Under the pieces are notes generated by a model that worked only from the letters and a program-made list of their open reading frames with translations, did no database searches and was not told the origin of the DNA. From positions 1-36,133 of the forward strand of contig CAMOIK010000002.1 in assembly GCA_946615875.1 (NCBI GenBank): a stretch of DNA of 36,133 nucleotides. The letters run 5' to 3'. Below are positions 8,287 to 20,200 of this stretch, in pieces. Position numbers and translations under genes: made by a program. The stretch's first letter is position 1. Every line of letters begins with the position of its first letter. The DNA is from an uncultured Verrucomicrobiota bacterium. Lineage in GTDB: Bacteria; Verrucomicrobiota; Kiritimatiellia; RFP12; UBA1067.

Positions 8287-11200
8287 CTAGTTCTTGATGC
8301 GGATGCGGAAGAAGCACTTCTCGCCGGCATCCTTGGGCTTGGGCACGACGAACTCGCCCGTCTCGAACGTATCGTCGTCCTTCACGTATATCGGGACTTC
8401 ATCGACGCCAGCCGACTTCCAGGAGGATTCGGTGAGGCCGGTCAGGTCGGTGACATACTCCACCTCGCCGTAGAGGTCCGGCGTGTCGGACGCCCCGGTG
8501 CTGGTGTAGAGCCCGCGCGCCCTGCTGGAGACCGCGACGCCGCTGCCGCTCGTCTGCAGGACCTTCGCGCTGCCCCTGGCCGAAAGCGTCACCGTCGCCT
8601 CGTCCGCGCCGATGGCCGAGAATGTCACGTTCGTGGCGTTCGCGGTCGTCACCGTGCCGTCCATGGCGTCCTTCACGGCGAGCAGATACGAGGAGTGCCC
8701 GGACGTGTCAGCGTCGGTGGCTAGCGCGGCGATGCCAGCGTTGTTGATCACGCTGAACACGTATGCGGCCAGGCCGCCGACGGCCGGGGAGCCGTTCTGC
8801 TGATTCTGCAGGTTGCCGGATAGCGTGCGGTTGATCTCGACGCCCGAGTCGAGCGTGTCGTTGAGGTTCTCCGTGCCGTTGTCAAGCCTGCCCCTGTTCT
8901 GCACCATTTCCCAGGCGTCGGGCAGGCAGTTGCCGTTGGTGTCGGCGTCCTCGATGTAGAGGTCGAACGTGTCGCCGAGCCCCATGGTGTCGTCGATCAC
9001 GATAGTGGACGGCGTGAAGATGTCCTTGGCGGCGCCGTCGCGCTTGCAGACGTAGCCCCACGACTCCCAGGCGTCCTTGCGGCGCGTCGTCCCGTAGGAG
9101 TTCATGTCGATGTAGCCGCGCACGTAGTACTTGCCGGGCATGAGGCCGATAAGCGTCGCGTTCACGTCATGCACGGCGTTGGTTGCCGACACGGACGCCT
9201 TGGTGCGCACGTAGGTGCGCGCCACCGGGTCGCCCGAGAAGTCCGGCGTGTCGAACGCCTCGATCCTCACCTCGCCGGCGTTCAGCACGCTGGCGGGGCC
9301 GAAGTATTTCGCGCACACCTTGACCGTCCCCATGCTGTTCGTCAGCGCGTTCATGCGGAACGTGTTGTTGGCGTTCGCCGACCAGTAGTCGCTGCGGAAC
9401 TTGGTGTTGTACATGGTCACGCGCCAGGAGTAGTTCTTGCTCGGGTCGAGCAGGTCGCCGGCATAGACGTCGGGCGTGAACGTATAGACGCCGTTCAAAT
9501 CGCGCGCCGGGGCGCGGCGCACGCCGCTGTCGTAAACGACCGTGTTGCCGTCGCGGACCTGCAGCTTGAAGGCCGTGTAGGAGTTGCTGTCGATCTGCGT
9601 CCCGGCAGCCTCGTTGTCTATCTTCATGGTCCACCGGAACGTCGGGCGGGAGCCGAACACGGCCGACTGCTGCGAACCGGGCGTCTGCGGGACCGGCACG
9701 GTGCGGTAGTCGTCCGAATCGAAGTGCCTGACCGTCGCTATCGTGTAGAGATTGTTCGTAGTGTTTAGCGCGATGGAGCCGTTGCCCAGCACGATGCGGT
9801 AGGTCACCTCGGTCGGGTCGATGCCGCTCGCGACAAGCTTTTCGCTGCCCATCACCTCGCTCTGGAAGTAGTCCCAGTCGATGTCGAAGGCTCCGTTCTC
9901 CAGCACGTCGCCCTCGTAGAGGTAGCTGCGCTGGTCGAGGTTGATCACCTTGTCGAAGATCACGCGGTTCTCCATCTCCAGCGTGTCGATGCCGCTGCCG
10001 TTCACGAGGGTCCGCACCACGCGAACGCGCTCGTACTTGCCGCCGGAAAGCTCGCCCGCCACGAGCGCCGCCTCGTCGCCGTCAGACGAGCCGTACATCG
10101 CCTTGCGGTCGCTCGAAGCCTGCAGCAGATCGACGCGCGTGATGATCGGCGACGTATCTGTCAGCTCGATTTCCGCCACGCCTTGGTGCCAACCGACATC
10201 CGCGACAGTCGAGCCCATTGGCTCGCCATACGTGTACTTGCCGTCGCCGTCGAGGTCGTAGAACGCGACTATCGTGTTCTTCCCTTCCTTTACATAGCCT
10301 TTGTTCGCCTCGCCGAGATAGAGTTCCAGCTTGTTGGCTTGCAGCGTCGGAATGCGGGCGATGTAGTGGAACCTGAACTGCGCAACGTCGATGTCGATCG
10401 TGTTGCCAGATTCATCTTCCGCTCCGTAGAGTTTCGACGTATCTAGCGTGAACTCGCCAGTCACCACGTTGATCGTGCCGATCGTGGCTCCGTTCAGCGC
10501 CAGCGTCGCCTGCGACGAATTGCCGGACTGTATCACGCTGATACCTTTCAGTGTGCGCCACTCCGCCTCATAATCCAGCAACCAGACATTCCCACGACCA
10601 TACTTGTTCACATCGGCCAAATAGGTCTCATACGTTCCCTTGCGGACTCTGACGCCGTAAATCGTCCACTGGTAAACCCTCGAATTCGCCTCCTGGAGAA
10701 CAAGGAGTTCCACGTCGCCTGCCTTGATATATCCCGGAGCAAGGCTGCCCTGGCGGATTTCTCCGCTCACGGAACCGAGATCGAAATACCTCAATGCATC
10801 GACGCCAGGAAGAAGGGTGTAAGACGCATCAGGCACGACGAGTCCCTGCTTGGTGAACGTCTGGACGACGATGCTGCCGACCGCGTTGTTCAGCTGGTTG
10901 TTATATTCGTTCGATTCTCCGCCGCCTTCACCGTCACCCTCCGAAGGAGCAACGAGCGGCTGGTCGCCGTTGTACCGCAGCGTCACCTTGAGCGTCGGAA
11001 TCGGCATGTCTTTGCGCTCGTCGTCGCTATTGATATGACTGATGACCGGCGCGAGGATGGAGGTCGTGAACTGGCTGTAGCGGCGCTCCGCGTAGTTGGA
11101 CCAGCCGTCCTCGTCCTTGTCGAGATCGGCATCCCAGGCGTAGCGGCTGACGTAGGGGACGCCCTGGGCGTCCTCCCAGACGTCCTCCATGAAGTCGTGG

Positions 11201-14200
11201 TCGGTGAAGACCTCTCCGGCGTAGAGCTGGCCGATCTTGAAGAAGTAGTCGCTGTCGTAGGGACTGACGGACTTCGCCTTGACGGGCGAGAAGGCGACCT
11301 CAAACTTGAAATACTCGCTGAGGAGGAACTCCGTGAAGTTGGAGAGGCCGTCGTTGTCGTCGTCGTCCGCGGCGGCGCCCTTGACACCGTAGATGTCGGT
11401 CCACCAGTCTGGCAGGCCGTTCTTGTCGAAGTCCTCGCGGTTCACGTATTCATCGAGGAATTCCTTGGCGGGCAGCATTCCCTTGGCGAGATCGCGGATG
11501 TACGCCTCGTATGCGGACATAAGCGCGCCGTTGCGTTCGATTTCGGTGTCGGCGGCCAAGTCGGCCGGTGCGCCGTAATTGGCCCTGGCGTATTCCTCCC
11601 ACCAGTCGGGCAGATCGTTGGCGTTGGCGTCCGCACCCGTTTCCTGCCATGCGGTCTCAGCGCCCTGCCCGTCCCAGTAGGAGTCTGCGCGCTTGGCGAA
11701 CGCCGAGCCGACCGGCACCAGGTCGGATGTGCCCTCGAAGCCAAGACGGTAGTCGAACAGGAACTGCCTGTAGAAGGCCGCCGAAATCACGCTGTTGGTG
11801 ACGACCGTCCTGTTGTTTATGCTCAACGACCCGCCGCCGTCATGCCAGAACATATTGGCGTACTTGTTGTATAGGTATTCGTCCTCGTAGGTCGTCACGT
11901 TCGAGTTGTACGGATTCATCGTATTGGGGAACGCGAAGCTGTCGGAATCCTGGAAGGTCGAGGGCGTGTATCCCGCGTAGTTCTCAGACCAGTAAACGCT
12001 GTCGGACACGGAACCGCAGAGTTTCGGGAGGTGGGCGACCATGTTCTCCATCCAAGGCACCACATGCTTGGAAGTGTAAACGGTGTTTGCCACGGGAGAC
12101 TGCTGGATCGCAGCCCACCAACCGACCTTCAGGCTGTCGCCGATGTCAGCGGACGGGTTGTCGGGGTTCCTGACGTTGCCGAGGACGTTGGCGGCGAAAC
12201 CCGTCGGCTCGGTGCGGACATACTGCGCATCAGTCGCGTTGGGCAGCGTTGACATATTGTAGTACTGGATGAGTTCCGGAGGAAGCTGCTCGGTGTCGGA
12301 ACCGAGGTTGTCGTTGCGCCGCGCCCCTTCGCACCACTTGCCGAACACCTCCAGCCTGAGCGACTTCACGTCATCGACGGAGAACGACTTGTTGTAGCTG
12401 CCGGAAATGTCCGCCTCCGACCTCGCGCCATCCCAGGTGCGGACTTCGGCGACGCGCCCCTTGTAGAAGTCTGTCGCAATGTCGCTCCAATCCGCCGACG
12501 CCGCCGCCTGCTCGTGGCCGAACGCGCCGTCGCCGTTTGCCCTGCCGCCCATGATTGTGACGGAACGGACGATGCGGTACATGTCATATGGGAAGTCGGC
12601 ATAGCCCTGCGGGTTCTGGACTATGATCGTGACGCCGTTCGCAGGGATGAGCGTGGTGTCGGCGCTCGTCTCGAACCTTCCGTTGCGGTAGAGGCGCAGC
12701 TTTTTGCCGTCGTATGTCGCGGCTATGTGCACCCACTCGCCGTCCACAACCTTGTCGCCGGTGACGCGGGAGGAAAGTTCCGTCGTATTCTGCGTCTCTG
12801 CGAACACATGGCCGGAAGCGTCGATGCCCAGCGCGAAGCACATCCTGATTACGGAGTTCGACGAACTGCCGTGCTCGTCGTGGGACTCCAGATCCCACGC
12901 GCCGTAGCGCGAGGCGCGGCTCACGATGTACTGATCCTGTCCGTTCTCGGATTCGTCGGGCTTGATCCACGCCTCGACAGTGAACTGGCGGAAGAGGTCG
13001 GTGCCGTTCATGTTGCGCGTAATCGGCTTGTAGGAGATCGCGGCGCCGGGAGCGTCCTTTCCACCGAACCAGACGCTCTGGCGACGGGCGGGATCACTGA
13101 AGTCCAGCGGATCTGAGTTCTTGCGGGAAAGGCTCTTCACCTCGCCGGAGTCCGTCCTCCAGTCGTTGTCGGTGTCGTAGCCTTCGTTCTGCTCGAACGA
13201 CGCGATGTAGTCGTGGTTGTAGCAGTTCCACGCTTCGCGCAGACTGTAGTAGGGAGTGAATGCGATTTCCGTGCCGAGAATGCTCGTGAAGACCTGCTCG
13301 TTCAGAGGATTGAGGATTTCGTTCTGGTAGTAGAGCGTTGTATAGGACGGGCTGCCCGCCACCTGGTAGGTCGCGTTCGTTACAAGGTTCGTCGTGATGC
13401 CGGATATGGCGCGGACGAACTCGCCGTTCTCGTCGATGTCATAGACCGGCTGCCCCATGTAGGAGAGATAGTTGGTCGAGACTATCTCGTCCATCCCCAC
13501 AATCGGGTCGAGCGATGGCACGGTTGAGTCCGTCATCCAGAGCGGCGACGGGTCTGTGTGGGCGGAATCGGGGGATGTGACGTTCGCGAGGATTGCCTCC
13601 TCATAGTTCCGGAAACCGTCGCCGTCGGCGTCGCACTCCGCGATACCCATCATCCACGGGAAGCGAATCGGGTCGTTCGGCGGCAGGTCCTCGTTGTCCC
13701 ATCCCACCCATGCGTTGCACCAGGCACTCAGCGTGGTGGACGTGGAGTGGGCGCGGGCGATCACGTCGTTGGCCGTCGCGCCGAACCTGTTGCCGAGCGA
13801 GCCGAGAATCGGGTTGAGGCCGTGGAACAGTTCGTAGTAGTCATCCATGCCGTCGCGGTCCGTATCCCAGAGGCGTGGATCGGTCCCGACGTACTCAAGT
13901 TCATCAATGCTCTCGTCGCGGTACTGCCTGGTCAAGACCTCTCTCGCATCGGTCGTAAGCGTCATGACCGGCGTGGCGACGACCCAATTCGTAGCTGTTG
14001 CACCTTCATAGAGGACGTAGTAGTTGTTGCCGTCCTCATTGTAGATGTTGGTGGCGTAGGTCGAGCCATTGCGCAGCTCCCAGAGCAGCCTGCCGCTCAG
14101 GCTCCTGTCCTGAACAGGTGTGTTCGCCACCATTACGCGCTGACGGATGCGCAGCGGCGGCAGCATATATTTGTTGCCGAGATCGACGCCAGCATGGTCC

Positions 14201-17200
14201 CACGCCTTCGGAGGCGCGGCAAAGTAGCCGAGCATTTCGAGGTAGTTCGGGTAGCGCTTCACGATCTTTGCGAAATTCGGGTAGCCGGCGTCGACAAGCG
14301 TATCGTAGTCCTTCGCCGTGAAAGGCTCAATGTAGCTCGTGCGCAGGAAGCCCTTGTCGCCGTTCCACTGCCCCTGGACGAACGTGCCCGTACCCTCGTC
14401 GAACGCCGGGCAGTCGCGGCCGACGAGCGGCGTCCACGGATCGTCGTAGCGGAAGTGGCGCATCGCCTGCACCATGTATTCCTGCCAGTTCTGGAGGCCG
14501 TCGCCGTCCCAGTCATTGTCCGCAAATCCGATCCCCGGCACTGAAGTGGCGTCGGCGCGGGTCGGGTCCATGCCGCAGAGGATGTGATATACCTTGTCCT
14601 CGGCATTCGTGTAATTGCCCCAGTGCGCCTGTGCGGCGGCACGAAGGTCGTCGTAGATGCCGCTCAGCGGAGTGCCGGACGGGAAGACGTCTACATTCTT
14701 GCCGTCTTCGTCCGTAGTCGTCGTGACAATGTCGTCGTTGAGGAAGAGGAGTCCCGCATACTGGCGCTCCCACGGGTCGGGCAGACCATCAAGGTCTGTA
14801 TCGATGGTGCAGGGGTTCATGCCGCCGCCAGGAATGCACAATTCGCCGCCGCCGTCGGACGGGTCGCCGTAGATTGCGAAGTGGCGGACGGTCGTGACGA
14901 TGGTCTGACCCCAGCGGTTGAAGGTGTAGTCGCTTGACCAACTTCTGCTGCGTTCCGTGCCGTCGCTGATTCCGTCGCCGTCGGTATCCTTGTTGCGCGG
15001 GTCGGTCGGCATGAACTTGTTGTACCACTGGTAGTTCGGATTCGGCTTGTCTGCGCTCGTCTGACTGGGATGGTATGCATAAATGGTCGGGCAGTCGATA
15101 TACGCGGCGCTCGAATCCGTGCCGGCGAACTCGTTCACTAACGAGAGGCCGTCGCTGTAGCCCTCATAGAGACCGAGCGAATAAGGCCAGATCTTGCTGC
15201 CGTTCCAGTAGAGCTTGTCCTCGTCGTCCCCGCGCTTGTTGAAGTCGATGTTCGGGTTGACTCCAATGTAGAGTTCCCAGCCGTCGGGCACCGCGTCGCC
15301 GTCCGTGTCGGCGCCATGCTGCGACTGTTTGTACTTCGTCTCCGAATCGCCCCACGAGAACTCATCGAACGTTTTGTTCGGGTTGGTCGTGCCGGCGGAG
15401 ATTATTGCCTGGATGGTGGTCTTCTTGGCCGCTAGCTTCGCCTGGTCGTCCGCGAGATTCCTGAGGCCGACGATATAGCGGAACTTGAGAAGCAGGAACT
15501 CGTCGATGGCGGTGTAGGGAGCCGTGTTGATGGCGCGTCCCGCCGTATATAAGCTGCCGCCGCTCCACCAGCGCTTGCCCTTGGAAACCGAGCCGTCGTC
15601 GCTGCGGAACCATGCCGTGCGCGGGTCGAAGCCGAAGTAGTTGTGCACCTGATGGTGGTAGAGCGTCACCGTGTTCGTCACGATACCCGCCTTCGGATCG
15701 AAATCGATAGTCCGCTTCTTCGCGTAGCGCTTGGAGTAGTTCTCCGTGTCCTCGGTCGCGACGATGAAGCCGCCGTTGAAGCGCTTGACCTCGAAGCCGT
15801 TGCCGGTGACGGTAATCGCGATTTTGTTCGTGTTGATGTAGCCCGTGTATGCCGTGTCGAGGATCCAGAGCGTTCCGTTCGTGGCGGTGTAGATGTAAGT
15901 GTAGGCGCCCAGCGGGTCGGAGGCATCCGCCTTCCAGCAGGCCATGAAATCGCCGTCGAGGTTGGCCGCGCCGTTGTTGTCTTTGCTGGCCGCGAGCGGA
16001 TTGGAGTTGTACATCACCTCGTAAAGGTCGCTGAGGCCGTCGCGGTCGGTATCCCAGTGCACCGGGCTGGTGCCGATCAGGAACTCCTCGCTGTCGGTGA
16101 TGCCGTCGTTGTCGGTGTCGGTGTCGGTCCAGGATCCGGCGATGTTCGGGTTGTATATCCTCGCGATGTCCTTGGGCGCGATGGCGTCGCTGTAGTCCTC
16201 CAGGTCGGCAAGGTTGAACCTGCTGCCGACGAGCTGGTTGGTGCCGGTGCCGACGGTCGCCGCATACCACATATAGTATTCATAGCCGTCGGGCATTCCG
16301 TCGCCGTCCGTATCGTCCGTCGTGGGGTCGGTGCGGTTCTCTACGGTGAAGCCCCAGGCGACGTTGTTTGCGTTGTGGCTGCGCCATGTGAACGTGATGT
16401 AGTCCTTGGCCGCCTTCTGCTGCGCGTCAAAGAGATCGTTGCCGTTTTCGGAATCGAGCCAGATACCGATCTCCGCCTGGTCGAACGAATAGAGATCGCA
16501 CGGGCTGAGATAGTGGATGTCGGTCGCGTCGTTCTCGTTGGTATATGCGACGAGATTGACGTAGTTGGTCACGACGACAGGCTCCGTGGCGCCGATCGGC
16601 GTGAAGGTGCGCAGCCAGGCGTCGGTGGGAACCGTCTCGTCTTCGCCCGTGTCGCCGTTCGTCACGATCCTGTCGATGCCGCTGGAGATGTTGCCGTCGA
16701 TATACGACCTGTCGGCGTAGAAGAGCCTGTTGTTGCCGTCGGAGGTCGTGACATTCACGGCGCCGCGGTAGTGGATTGTCGCGAGAAGGTTTGTGACGAG
16801 GTTCAGCTCGTCCTCTTCGCAGATCGGCCAGGAATTGTCGAGTTGCCCCTTCGTGTAGAGTTTCTTCAGCAGGTAGTCGCGGCGCTCGAATACCTCGCGC
16901 AGCAGCGCCTTCTTCTCGATCTCGCTCATGCAGAGGTCGGAGAGCCATCCGTATTTGGTAGCCCGCCCGGTCCTATATGCGGTGTATTCCTCGTCTCTCG
17001 CCATGAACATACCGAAGTTGAGGCCGTCGTGGTAGCCGCGGATCTCCCTGACCGCCGTGAAGGCCTGGCCGCTCGTCGCCCAGCCGCTGACCGCGCCTGG
17101 GACGATGGTGGAGGTCGTATCCGCGGCGGCGGGATAGTAGTCTCCGTCGTCGTTCAGCGAGTTGATTGCGACGAGTTCCCCGGCGTTGTCGTCGGTGTCC

Positions 17201-20200
17201 TTGAGGGGGCCGCCATTCCAGTTCGGGTAGAACATGTAGAAGTCGGGGATGCCGTCGTTGTTGATGTCGCCCATGTTGTCGTGCCGGTTGTATTCCTTGG
17301 CGAACACTGCCTCGACGTAAGTCTCGGCATATTTGCCGGAACCGCCGGTTTCAGTCTCCGTCTGCTCGGTCGGCAGCGCCACCTTCGTCGAGGTCACCAC
17401 GGAGCCCATCTGAGGATTGGCGCTGAAGGCGAACTCCGTGCCGCCGGGTTCGCTCGCCGTGATCCAGCCGTAGAAGAAGCTGTCGCGCAGCGAGTCGGGA
17501 TACACGTAGTATTCGTTGGGGTCGGCGGGAGCCGTCGCGTTCGCTGCATGGGCGCCTTCGGATGTCAGCCAGACATCCTTCTTGTTGTCAAGCTGGCCGT
17601 CGTCCACGGCATCCGCCTTGTAGCCGAAGGCGTATGCCATCGCGGTGGAGGAGGACGTGCCGCAGTCCCACGAGAGGTTGAAGTTCTCGGAAGAGACGAA
17701 CGTCGCGTCGCTCACGAAGACGTGGCCGTAGCCGACGCCCGCCGCCATGGCATACTTCATCGAGAGCGGCTTGGCATACGTGTTGCCGCCGGATGGCCAG
17801 TTTGCCACCGTGGTCAGTATCTTGGTGACCTGCGCGGGGTAGTAGTATTCGCCAGAGGTGCTCCTGCCGCCGTCCTTGTCGTAGAAGTCGAAGTACAGCT
17901 TGGCCTCGGCCTGCCCGTTCACGAAGCTCGGGACGATCGTCCCGGTGGTCTTCGCGCCGGCGAAGAAGTTTGTGGTGACGACGTTGACGCCGCGCACGAC
18001 GACGAGTATGCCGGTGCCCTCCTGGCTTGCACTATCCGAGGCCGTGCCGTAGGAAGTGTTTTTCCAGGTGGCGGTCATGTCGGCATTCACGTCGGAGTAG
18101 CCCCAGTCGATGGAAACATTCTTCGCGACGTTGGTGAGAGTGGCGCCGAATGGCGTCATGAGCGCGGCATCTATCTCCGGCGCGGCGTTCACGATCTTGA
18201 CAGGCTTGTTCAGGCTTCCTTCAAGATAATACTTGTTGGCGCTCATCTGCCTGGATTCGAGCACGTCGGTCGTGAGCACGCGCGCAGTGATGTCGAAGCC
18301 CTTCGTGGCGGAGGCGGTCTTCGCCACGCCGTCGATCGAGTCGAGATCCACCTCCAATTCCCAGTCGCGGTAGTTTCCGACGCGGAACGTGTGGCGGTAG
18401 TAGTTGGTCCCGTCAGCCGTTGAATACGTAGCTTCGCCGAACGGAAGCTTGCCGGGATCTTCCTCCGTGAGGCTCTTCCGGCTGACAGCGAGCTCGACCA
18501 CGATATCCTTCTCGTCCGTCCAGTCGTCCAGCCTCACCGTGACCGTCTGCGGCGTGGTCACGTTCTCGTCGAAGGCGTTCTCGCCGGTGGCGCCGCCGTT
18601 GAAGAGCACGGTGATCGCGCTGCCGCCCTTGACCTGGACGAGCTTCTGTATCTTCGAGCCCGGATGGTCGTCCTCCTTGTCAATTCCTGGGTAGTCGTGG
18701 GCGTCCCACACCTCGGCGGTCACGTAGTAGTTGGTGGCTGCGCCGAACGTGTAGGAGAACCAGCCGTCGGGGTCGTCGACCGTCTTGGAGTCGCCCGAAG
18801 AAGTGAAACGGTAAACGCGCTTTCCGGCGCCGTCCAGGTTGAGCATCTCGTCCTTGGTGGCGCCCTGCTTGCGCACCGTCCACTTCACGACCATGTTTGT
18901 GCTCTTGTCGTAGTCGGCGTCGGCCACGCGGACGCGGAAGGCGCGGTTCGTGCCGTACATCACGGTCTCGCTGAAGATGCCGTCGTCGTCGTCGTCCATG
19001 TCCTCCGGATCTTCATAGGTCTTGTCCATGTACATCCACATGGCGGTCGCCTCGGCGGACGCGTTCGCCACGACGATGGTGAGCTCCGTAGATGGCGCAT
19101 TGCCATAGACCTTGGTGGCATCCCACTTGGGCGACGTGCTCAGCACCACGTCGAACGTGGCATTGACCGCCGTGAGCGCCTGGATGTTGATAAGCTGGTC
19201 GTTCTTGCCGGAGCCCACCGGGTAGCCCGTCGGCGCGCTCTCCGCGTTGTCTTTGCAGACCGTGACGACATACGGCGTGCTGTTCGTGAACATCGTGGAG
19301 ACGAGGTTCTCGTCGTTCGTGTTCACCAGGTAGGCGTAGAGCGTGGAATACGAGGAGTCGTTCCAGAAGTTCGGGTAGTGGATGTTGATTCCCATCGTCC
19401 CGCCGGCCGGCACCGTCCCGTCGTCGGACGCGCCGGAGACGATTTCGGCCGACACGTCCTTCGGCACCACCGTGGCGGAGAACGGCATCCAGTCCGTCTT
19501 CTTGTTGCCGATCGGCGAGGTCACGCGGAACGCGGAGTTGGTCTGGAGCTCGCTGGTGAACGTCACCTTCGGGGGCGCGAGCGTCGCGTCGTCGAGGACG
19601 TTGAGGATGTTGTCGGCGTCAAGGTAGAGGTCCTCGAACGTGATCGTGGTGCCGGCGTCGGCGGCGTCTAGCCGCACTTCAAGCTTGTATCCGCCGTCGG
19701 TGCGTCCCTTCTGGATGTCGGCGTATGCGTCGCCCACGCCGATCTCCAGCTCGCACGGGAGGTTCTTCGTGGGCGTCAGCTCGCCCTCCTCCCACGCCGG
19801 ATACGCCACGATGGAGGTCTTGATGGTGATCGGCAGCGCGGAGAAGCCCGCAACGAAAGGATCGGTGCAGCTCGGCGTGAGCGTGACCACGCTGGCGCCG
19901 CCGACGGAACCAAGCCCGTAGATGTAGAACGTGTCGCTTTCCGTCCTGCCGCTCTTGATGGTGAACTCGAGGCTCGTGAGGCCGTCAAGACCGCCGGCGG
20001 GGGGAACGCTGTTGTCGTAGGTGGGCTTGTTGGAGAAGAACACGCAGTCCTGCCAGCCGTCGGACGGCGTGACGGTCACGGAGATGTCGTTCGGCGCGCT
20101 CTTCGACGCAGGAGTCAGGCTGAGCTTGCACGCGACGCACTCGAACCTGTTGGAGGACGCGGTGAGCGTCGCGGGGCCGGAGACGGAAAGCGTGGTCTCG

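Noticed and set aside
10701-10720. Additional parS-like sites (GTTCCACGTCGCC at ~10707; CCACGTGG cores at ~22961 and ~27298).
   Set aside because: Only one half-site or only the central CACGTG core matches, and the flanking TGTT/AACA arms are absent. They are not counted as parS.
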